Of a stretch of DNA of 53,401 nt, positions 43,482 through 50,523 are shown piece by piece. Origin of the DNA: an uncultured bacterium (GTDB lineage Bacteria; Chlamydiota; Chlamydiia; Chlamydiales; SM23-39). The position numbers and the translations under genes were made by a program. Location of the stretch: positions 1,287-54,687 of the forward strand of contig CAYPZU010000004.1 in NCBI GenBank assembly GCA_964415395.1, in the 5' to 3' direction. Numbering within the stretch: position 1 is the first letter of the stretch; each line of letters begins with the position of its first letter. The notes beneath the pieces are model-generated. The model had not been told where the DNA came from, searched no databases, and was given only the letters and a program-made list of their open reading frames with translations.

Positions 43482-45401
43482 ATGAGAAGATCGATCTGCT
43501 ATTGCGAACCGAATGCCGCTCTCGCCGGCGAACCTTCCACTTGGAAATTTATCTATACGACGGCCAGCCACCTGCCGAAGGGAACCAAGCTGAAGTTCGA
43601 CCTGAGCAGCAAAGGCCGCTCGATGGACTGGCAGATTCCCCAAACCAATCTCAAAGAAAAAAATAATTTGATCTGGGCCGAGGCTGGAGGAAAAGTATTC
43701 GCCGCGTCGCAAATCGACGATCCTCAAACCCTGGCGCCCGCTTATGAATTCGTCCTGCCTCTCGAAGTGAAGCCCGGCGAGACGGTCTCCATCCATATGG
43801 GAAACCCCGACAGAGACCCCAAGAAAGGAAACGCCTGCCAGAAATCGGTTCAAAGAAGACGCCCCTTTTTGCTTCACATCGACCCGAAAGGCAAAGGGGA
43901 CTACAAAGAAACCGAAACATTTTATCTCGACGTCCGCGGAAATCATCTGAAAGCGCTCCGGATCATCGCTCCCTCTCTCGTCAGCCGCAACAAGCGGTTC
44001 GACGTAATCGTCCGATTCGAAGACATCTACGGAAACCTCACCTCGAACGCGCCTGAAGGGACGCTGATCGATTTGAGCTACGAGCACCTGAGAGAAAACT
44101 TAAGCTGGAAGCTGTTCGTCCCCGAAACAGGATTCATCGCTCTTCCCAACCTCTATTTCAACGAGCCGGGAATCTACAAGATCCAACTCCGGAACCTGAA
44201 GACGAAAGAACAGTTCTACTCCCCTCCGATCAAATGCCTCCCCGAAGGCGCTCTCAGCCTCTATTGGGGCGTGCTCCACGGAGAATCGGAGCGGATCGAC
44301 TCGGCTGAAAATATCGAATCGTTCCTCCGCCATATGCGCGACGACAAAGCGCTCCAGTTCTTCTCCACTTCGTGCTTTGAAAGCGAAGAAGAAACCTCCA
44401 ACGACGTCTGGAAAGAGATTGTCCAGCAGATCGCCGAATTTAATGAAGACGACCGTTTTGTCGCCATGCTCGGCTTCCAGTGGCAGGGAGAAACGAAGGA
44501 AGAAGGGCTGCGCCATTTCATCTACTCGAAAGACAGCAAGCCGATCCTGCGCCGCAAAGACACGAAAAACAACTCGCTCAAGAAGATCTACAAGACGAAC
44601 AACGCAAAAGAAATGATCGCTCTCCCTTCTTTCACAATGGGCAAGCAGACGTGCTACGACTTTGCGGACTTCAATCCCGACTTCGAACGGGTTGCCGAAA
44701 TCTACAACGCCTGGGGCTCGTCCGAATGCAGCGCTAAAGAAGGGAACCTCCGCCCCATCCACGGCAGCAAGAGCGGAATCCAGGAAACAGCGGAAGGCTC
44801 TCTCCAGAAAGCACTCAATGCAGGCTGTAGGTTCGGCTTCACCGCCGGCGGACTCGACGACCGCGGTCCTTACAGCGGACTCTACGACGCCGACCAGACT
44901 CAATATTCGCCCGGACTCACAGCGATCCTTGCCAAAGAACACAACCGAATCGCCCTCCTTGAAGCGCTCCAAGCCCGTTCCTGCTACGCGACGACAGGCG
45001 AACGGATCATCATCGGCCTTCACATCGCCGGATTCGGCATGGGATCGGAAATCGAAACAAAAAACCGCCCCGGCCTTGAATTCAACCGGCACATCACCGG
45101 CTACGCCATCGGCACGCAGCCTCTCAAGGAAGCAGTCCTGATCCGAAACGGAAAAATCTTCAAAAATATCCCCGTCAAAGACGAGAAGGCCGAGTTCGAG
45201 ATCGACGACACCGAACTACTCAGCCAGGTCGCCATCGAAGGCAAAGGAGACAAACCTCCCTTCGCCTACTATTATCTCCGCGTCGTGCAGACAGACGGCC
45301 ACATCGCGTGGAGCTCGCCCATCTGGGTCGACCTCACTTCGCGTTCCGCTCCGCTCAACGCCGGGAAGAAGAACAAGAAAAAAGTCAAAGAAAGCGAATA
45401 G
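43482..45401 (+). CDS. DUF3604-like protein (PHP-type metal hydrolase fold) with an extra N-terminal domain
   Basis: 639 aa with GGAG upstream. ..LYWGVLHGESE.., ..IAEFNEDDRFVAMLGFQWQGE..GLRHFIY.., ..CYATTGERI.., and C-terminal ..HIAWSSPIWVD parallel DUF3604 blocks as I recall them. The usual HxH block is not conserved. Confidence 0.5.
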   Translation: MRRSICYCEPNAALAGEPSTWKFIYTTASHLPKGTKLKFDLSSKGRSMDWQIPQTNLKEKNNLIWAEAGGKVFAASQIDDPQTLAPAYEFVLPLEVKPGETVSIHMGNPDRDPKKGNACQKSVQRRRPFLLHIDPKGKGDYKETETFYLDVRGNHLKALRIIAPSLVSRNKRFDVIVRFEDIYGNLTSNAPEGTLIDLSYEHLRENLSWKLFVPETGFIALPNLYFNEPGIYKIQLRNLKTKEQFYSPPIKCLPEGALSLYWGVLHGESERIDSAENIESFLRHMRDDKALQFFSTSCFESEEETSNDVWKEIVQQIAEFNEDDRFVAMLGFQWQGETKEEGLRHFIYSKDSKPILRRKDTKNNSLKKIYKTNNAKEMIALPSFTMGKQTCYDFADFNPDFERVAEIYNAWGSSECSAKEGNLRPIHGSKSGIQETAEGSLQKALNAGCRFGFTAGGLDDRGPYSGLYDADQTQYSPGLTAILAKEHNRIALLEALQARSCYATTGERIIIGLHIAGFGMGSEIETKNRPGLEFNRHITGYAIGTQPLKEAVLIRNGKIFKNIPVKDEKAEFEIDDTELLSQVAIEGKGDKPPFAYYYLRVVQTDGHIAWSSPIWVDLTSRSAPLNAGKKNKKKVKESE

Positions 45402-45436
45402 AAAAAGGCCGCGTTCCCGCGGCCCTTTAAAAAAAA
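45401..45436. terminator. Bidirectional stem-loop terminator between convergent genes
   Basis: gAAAAA GGCCGCG ttcc CGCGGCC cttt AAAAAAAA. The minus-strand reading gives the stem followed by TTTTTC, a good terminator for 45441..45794. The plus-strand reading has only a short T-tract. Confidence 0.75.
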
Positions 45437-45440
45437 TTGA

Positions 45441-45794
45441 CTACTTCTGAAGAGCTTCCAATTGTTTGCGGGCTTGCCGGGCCATTTCTTGGCATGCTTT
45501 GCCGATCTGAACCTGCGCATCTCCAGAGATATACGAACATCCCATCGGGGTGAAGAGACACTCCTGCTTTGCGTATGCATAGATTTTCAAGGCTGTTTCC
45601 AGATTACCTTTCGTAGGCGATGCAAGGAGATCCTGCATCGTATATTTGCACTGCGTAGCGTTTTTCGGCTGATCCAGATCCATTTTTTCGTAGCGGGATT
45701 TTTCCTCTTGGCCAAAGGTGTAAGAGCGGCTTCTCACGGCAGCAGCAGCGGGGGAAATGGGGATAGCGCCAATAGGTGTAGGTGCAGAGGACAT
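45441..45794 (-). CDS. Hypothetical protein, 117 aa
   Basis: The only minus-strand ORF in this stretch. It has its own terminator and a ~300-nt upstream spacer. No recognisable motif. Confidence 0.5.
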   Translation of the reverse strand: MSSAPTPIGAIPISPAAAAVRSRSYTFGQEEKSRYEKMDLDQPKNATQCKYTMQDLLASPTKGNLETALKIYAYAKQECLFTPMGCSYISGDAQVQIGKACQEMARQARKQLEALQK

Positions 45795-46102
45795 AAATGA
45801 TGATTTCCTTAGATTTGGGTTGGGTTTCGCCCGAAGAGTTTACCCCATCTCCCCCCTAAAAATCAATCGGCGCGAAATGCATTTTGAGCTGCAAGATCCT
45901 CGTACTCCAACTTATAAATTTTCACAAGAAGTTGGCCTAGATTTTTCTGTCCTGCAAAGCGCGGAGTGCGCCGGCAACTTGCATCAAGTTGTCTAGCGCG
46001 AGCGCACAGCTGGGCGGGAAAAGATAGGTCAAATTCTCTGAAAATTTTAAAGGCGGGGTACTAGGCTCTTGTGGCATACTCCGTCACTTTTCAGGAGAAT
46101 TT

Positions 46103-46690
46103 ATGGAGCTGATCCTCGGTTCCCAGTCGCCCAGGCGAAGGGAAATACTCAACTTTTTCTCAATTCCCTTCAAACAGGTAAGCCCCGATTTCGACGAAAC
46201 CCTGGTCGCGTTCCAGGGAGATCCGGCCGACTTCGCGTCGGAGGTAGCCCACAGGAAAGCACTCTGCCTGATGGAGCGGTTTCCTAAAGAGGTGATTCTG
46301 ACAGCCGATACGATCGTCTACCGGAACCGGCGGCTCTTCATGAAGCCGGAGACGATGGAAGAGGCCCACGCGATGGTCCGCGAGCTGTCAGGAAAGCGGC
46401 ACCAGGTGTTTACCGGCGTCTGCGTCATCAGCCGCGGGGAATCTTTTGTCGAGGCGGAAGAATCGGGCGTCGAATTCCACGAACTCACTGATTCTCAGAT
46501 CCGCGCGTACCATCAATTCTTCCATCCTCTCGACAAAGCGGGAGGGTACGCCATCCAAAAAGGAGGAAGCCTCATTGTCAAAAGAATCGAAGGGTGCTAT
46601 TACAACATCATGGGGCTGCCGATCCACACCGTCCGCCGCTTGCTGTTGAAAGTAGGAATTGATCTATGGGATTATCTCAAGTCCGTATAG
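46103..46690 (+). CDS. maf: Maf-like nucleoside triphosphate pyrophosphatase
   Basis: 195 aa. MELILGSQSPRRREIL.., ..TADTIV.., ..KAGGYAIQ.. Confidence 0.92.
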   Translation: MELILGSQSPRRREILNFFSIPFKQVSPDFDETLVAFQGDPADFASEVAHRKALCLMERFPKEVILTADTIVYRNRRLFMKPETMEEAHAMVRELSGKRHQVFTGVCVISRGESFVEAEESGVEFHELTDSQIRAYHQFFHPLDKAGGYAIQKGGSLIVKRIEGCYYNIMGLPIHTVRRLLLKVGIDLWDYLKSV

Positions 46691-48345
46691 CTTTAGCTCT
46701 TAGCCTGGCGGCCCTGCCTCTGATGGCGGCCCACGAGGAAGCGAAACTCCACGCTCTTTACCTGATGCAGCAGAATCAGGTTGAAGAGTCGATCGAGCGG
46801 TACCGCGAATATTCGGACCTGACCGGACGGCATGACTTCGAGGTGCTGCAGCAGATGGGCCTGATTTTGCTGCAGAAAGGGATCCAGAGCGAAGATCCCC
46901 AGACGTTTATGATGACTTTATTTGGAGCGGGCCTCTCCGGATCGGTCGGCGCGATCGAGATCCTCGAAAGGGGCCTCGCCCATCCCGACCCGCAAGTGCA
47001 GCTCCTCTCACTCCACTTCCTCGCCAAAATCGACGACGACCACACGAGCGAGCTGCTGAACCGGGCGATGAGCTCCGATTATCTCGCGATCCGGATGGAA
47101 GCCGCCTTCTATATGTGCCAAAGGAAACACCCCCACGCCGTCGGGCAGATCGAAGGGCTGATGTTCCGCCTGCCTCCGGTTTTCAAACCGTTCTTCCCCT
47201 CCCTTTTCGCTCTCCTGGGTACCAACGAGGCCACCGCCTCGCTCCGCAGACTTATCGAAGATCCCGATCCCCAGGTGCGCGTCGAGTCGATCCTCAACGT
47301 CGCCAAACTCGGAAGGGACGACTTCCTCCCCATCCTCCGGAAACGGCTGACTCATAACCATATCGCGGAACTCGAAGCGACTGTGTTTGCGATGGGCGCC
47401 CTCAAAGACAGCTCGTCGATCCCCAAACTCAAAAAACTGGCGTCATCAGGCTCCGAATCGGTCCGCCTCGCCGCCAGCATCGCGCTTCTCCAATTCGGCG
47501 ACCGCTCCTTCGTCCCGCAGATCGAAGAGATGGCGAAAAACTTCAACCTCTTCGCCGTCGCAGCCTTGGGCGGCATCTCGGAAACGGAAGAGACGCTCGC
47601 GAAACTCGTCCGCTCGGGAGATCTCCAGGTCCGGATCAATGCCGCCGTCGCGCTCCTCCAAAGACGGGACCCGCGCTGCATCCACGCCCTGACCGAAATC
47701 CTCGCCGAAGACGCGCGCGATCTCGCCTTCCACCCCTTCACCTCTGTCGGCCGCACCCTCTCCGCCTTCAAAGCGGTTCCTTCCGCAGAACTCCACTCGA
47801 AAAACCCGACGATCGACCTTAGCTATTCCCAGGCGATCCGCGAACACCTGCTCCGGGAATCGATCCATCTCCCCGAAACGCAATTCCTCCAGATTTGCCG
47901 CACCCTTTTCAACCGGCAGCAAAACGACCTGATCCCGACGGCAATCGCCCTCCTCGAAAGCCTCCGCACCGACGCCGCGATCGCCCTCCTCAAAGAAGGC
48001 GCATCGAAAACCGCAGCCCCGCTCATCCGCGACTACTGCCACCTCTCCCTCTACCGCCTCAAACAGGAAGGCCCTTACGAAGAATACATCAACCGCTGGG
48101 TCATGCAGCAGCGCGACGCAGAGCTGATCCGGCTCAAGCCTCTCCTTCCGTGGAAATACCGGATGGAACAATCCGACTACACCCTCTCCGCAGAGGAAAC
48201 TTCGCGCCTTCTCATCGAATCGTTCCTTTCCATCGCAAGCCGCAGAGACGAGCGAAGCATCGCTTTCCTTCTCCAGGCGATCCAGCTCGGCAACTCGAAA
48301 AACCGCTACGCCCTCATGGGACTTCTCATGAAAGCGACTGAATAA
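46666..48345 (+). CDS. Secreted HEAT-repeat (PBS-lyase HEAT-like) protein
   Basis: 559 aa with a signal-peptide-like N-terminus MGLSQVRIALALSLAALPLMAAHE. Repeated ..DPDPQVRVESI.., ..SESVRLAASIAL.., ..DLQVRINAAVAL.. HEAT-like units. Confidence 0.7.
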   Translation: MGLSQVRIALALSLAALPLMAAHEEAKLHALYLMQQNQVEESIERYREYSDLTGRHDFEVLQQMGLILLQKGIQSEDPQTFMMTLFGAGLSGSVGAIEILERGLAHPDPQVQLLSLHFLAKIDDDHTSELLNRAMSSDYLAIRMEAAFYMCQRKHPHAVGQIEGLMFRLPPVFKPFFPSLFALLGTNEATASLRRLIEDPDPQVRVESILNVAKLGRDDFLPILRKRLTHNHIAELEATVFAMGALKDSSSIPKLKKLASSGSESVRLAASIALLQFGDRSFVPQIEEMAKNFNLFAVAALGGISETEETLAKLVRSGDLQVRINAAVALLQRRDPRCIHALTEILAEDARDLAFHPFTSVGRTLSAFKAVPSAELHSKNPTIDLSYSQAIREHLLRESIHLPETQFLQICRTLFNRQQNDLIPTAIALLESLRTDAAIALLKEGASKTAAPLIRDYCHLSLYRLKQEGPYEEYINRWVMQQRDAELIRLKPLLPWKYRMEQSDYTLSAEETSRLLIESFLSIASRRDERSIAFLLQAIQLGNSKNRYALMGLLMKATE

Positions 48346-48388
48346 GCAGTTCCTTTATCTTTAAGAAAAATCGTTCTATGATTTTTCC

Positions 48389-50467
48389 ATGCGCTCTACC
48401 CTTTTTGCCTTGCTCTTTCTTGCAAGCCCCCTTTTTTCGGATGAAGATTCGACCGAAGTGATCGTCGATTTGCGCAACCCCGTTTACAAAAACGGCGTCC
48501 TCTACACCAGCCAGGGCGGCGTGATCAAAAACCAGGATATCCGGATCCAGGCGCGCACGATCCAGTATTTCCATCGAGTTGAAGACGGTAAACAGGTTCA
48601 GAAAATCGAAGCCGAAGGCGACCTGATGATCCAGTATAAGGGACGGGTCTACGTCGGGAGCGAACTCGAATACGATTTTCTCAAAAAATGCGGAACCGTC
48701 TACGAGGGAAAAACGTTCTCTTCCATGTGGTACATCGGAGGCGACGAGGTACAGCTTTGCGCCGACGGCAGCTACAAAGTGAAGAACGCCTACATCACCA
48801 CCTGCGAGAATATGGATAGCTCGTGGGACCTCCACGCCAACCGGGTCAACGTGGTGAAAAACGATCTCTTCGAAGCGAAAAAAGTGCGCTTCCGCCTCTT
48901 TAAAATCCCTGCCTTCTGGTTCCCTTCCTTCAAAGTGAACCTCAAGAAGTTCAAAGAGCCGATCTTCCGCTACACCCTCACCTGGGACAAAGGAGCGGGA
49001 CCGAGAGCCGGCATCCGCTACCAGCTTTACTCGTGGCGCGAGTTCGCCCTCTACGGAAGAGTCGAGTACCGGTGGAAAACAGGCTGGGGCGGCGCAGTCG
49101 AAACCGAGTATTTCCCCGAGGACAAGAGGACTACGTTCGTCACCCGGAGCTACCTTGGAAAAGACATCCTCGAAAACGCCCCGAAACCGGCGCTCCGCCG
49201 CTACCGCGTCCAGGGCGCGCTCCAATCCGCCAGCCCGAGCGGCAAAACGCAGACCACCTTCACCTGGGATAAATACAGCGACGTCCGGATGCCGAACGAT
49301 TTCAAAAGTGAAGATTTTGAGGTGAACACCGCCAAGCGGACGATCCTCTATGTCCGCCATCAGGAAAGAGACGTCATCGCCGCCCTGAAAATCCGTCCCC
49401 GCGCCAACACCTTCGAGTCGATCAAACAGGATCTGCCGACCCTCTTCGCCGCGCCGCGCCCTATCGAAATCGGCCCCACGGGGATCATCTCGTCCCATTT
49501 CATCAAAGCCTCCTACATCGATTTCGCCTATTCCGACGAGCTCTCCACTTCGCTCCGCGATTTCCAGTCGTTCCGCGTCGAAGCGAGAGAAAAACTCTAC
49601 CGCCCGATCCATCTCGGACCGCTCCTCGTCACGCCCCATATCGGCGGCGCGGGGATCTATTACGGAACAAGCCCCTCCCACGAATCGAAACTCGTCGGCT
49701 TTTTAAGCTACGGAGCAAAAGCGCAGTTTCGGGGACAGAGAAATTTTGGAAGATACAAACACGTCGTCGAACCGTATCTCGAATACAAAGCGCTCACCCG
49801 CCCTACGACCGCTCCCGACGACCACTACACCTTCTCAATCCAGGACGGCTACAACAAGATCCAGCAAGTCTCGATCGGCGCGCGCAACCTCCTCTTTTCA
49901 AAACGGCGCCCCTGCAAAGAGCCGAGCTTCACTGCAGACCTCTACGCAAACGCCTTTTTCGCCGACGCGACGATCCCGCAGCTTTTCCCCCGCGCCTACC
50001 TCTGGCTCGGCTGGAAGCTCCCCTCGGTCGATTTGGCTCTCCATAACTGCTATAACTTCCGGCACAAAACGGTCGACTTTTCTAAAGCGATCCTGAAATG
50101 GACCGTAAACGAGAATTTCGCCTTTACGCTCGAGGGGCGCTACCGCTCCCGCTTCGACTGGAGGAAGGCCGACCACGAGAATTTCATCCTCGACGTCACC
50201 CGCTCCGAAACGAATCTCCTCCTCTCGCCTCTTTCCGACCGGAGGATCGCCGTCCTCTCCAACCTCTTTTTCCGGATTACCCCCTTCTGGGAATGCCAGA
50301 TCCAGTCGCACCACGGCTTCTACCGGCTCACTGAAACCCCCTATAATGAGGTGAAAGTCGACCTCTTCACCTGGGTCAGCGCCGCCTGGAAGCTCCGCCT
50401 CTCTTTCTCCCATACGGAGAAGGACCCCTACCGCTTCGGCGTAGGTCTGAACCTGATTAAAAAATAA
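48389..50467 (+). CDS. lptD: LPS-assembly outer membrane protein LptD (OstA)
   Basis: 692 aa with a signal peptide. The OstA-like N-domain has ..AYITTCENMDSSWDLHANRVNV....FRLFKIPAFWFPSF.. There is a long beta-barrel-type C-terminal region ending in an aromatic-rich segment. Confidence 0.85.
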   Translation: MRSTLFALLFLASPLFSDEDSTEVIVDLRNPVYKNGVLYTSQGGVIKNQDIRIQARTIQYFHRVEDGKQVQKIEAEGDLMIQYKGRVYVGSELEYDFLKKCGTVYEGKTFSSMWYIGGDEVQLCADGSYKVKNAYITTCENMDSSWDLHANRVNVVKNDLFEAKKVRFRLFKIPAFWFPSFKVNLKKFKEPIFRYTLTWDKGAGPRAGIRYQLYSWREFALYGRVEYRWKTGWGGAVETEYFPEDKRTTFVTRSYLGKDILENAPKPALRRYRVQGALQSASPSGKTQTTFTWDKYSDVRMPNDFKSEDFEVNTAKRTILYVRHQERDVIAALKIRPRANTFESIKQDLPTLFAAPRPIEIGPTGIISSHFIKASYIDFAYSDELSTSLRDFQSFRVEAREKLYRPIHLGPLLVTPHIGGAGIYYGTSPSHESKLVGFLSYGAKAQFRGQRNFGRYKHVVEPYLEYKALTRPTTAPDDHYTFSIQDGYNKIQQVSIGARNLLFSKRRPCKEPSFTADLYANAFFADATIPQLFPRAYLWLGWKLPSVDLALHNCYNFRHKTVDFSKAILKWTVNENFAFTLEGRYRSRFDWRKADHENFILDVTRSETNLLLSPLSDRRIAVLSNLFFRITPFWECQIQSHHGFYRLTETPYNEVKVDLFTWVSAAWKLRLSFSHTEKDPYRFGVGLNLIKK

Positions 50468-50480
50468 GCTCAATCCTCGC

Positions 50481-50509
50481 TTGAAAAAATCTAAAATTTC
50501 GCATATCTA
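50481..50509 (+). promoter_or_regulatory. Candidate promoter TTGAAA-17 nt-TATCTA upstream of the FHA-like gene
   Basis: TTGAAA (50481-50486), a 17-nt spacer, then TATCTA (50504-50509). This would leave a very short leader before ATG 50524. Confidence 0.3.
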
Positions 50510-50523
50510 TTTATTGAAGCGCT

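Noticed and set aside
43461-45092. Minus-strand ORFs of 208 and 330 aa
   Set aside because: They are antisense to the DUF3604-like gene, which has a proper SD/ATG and conserved blocks.
45795-46102. 39-aa ORF (MHFELQDPRTPTYKF...) and a 7-bp hairpin CAACTTG-cat-CAAGTTG in the spacer upstream of maf
   Set aside because: There is no SD, no recognisable family, and the hairpin is short. It most likely holds divergent promoters only.
47446-49681. Minus-strand ORFs of 241 and 451 aa
   Set aside because: They are antisense to the HEAT-repeat gene and lptD.
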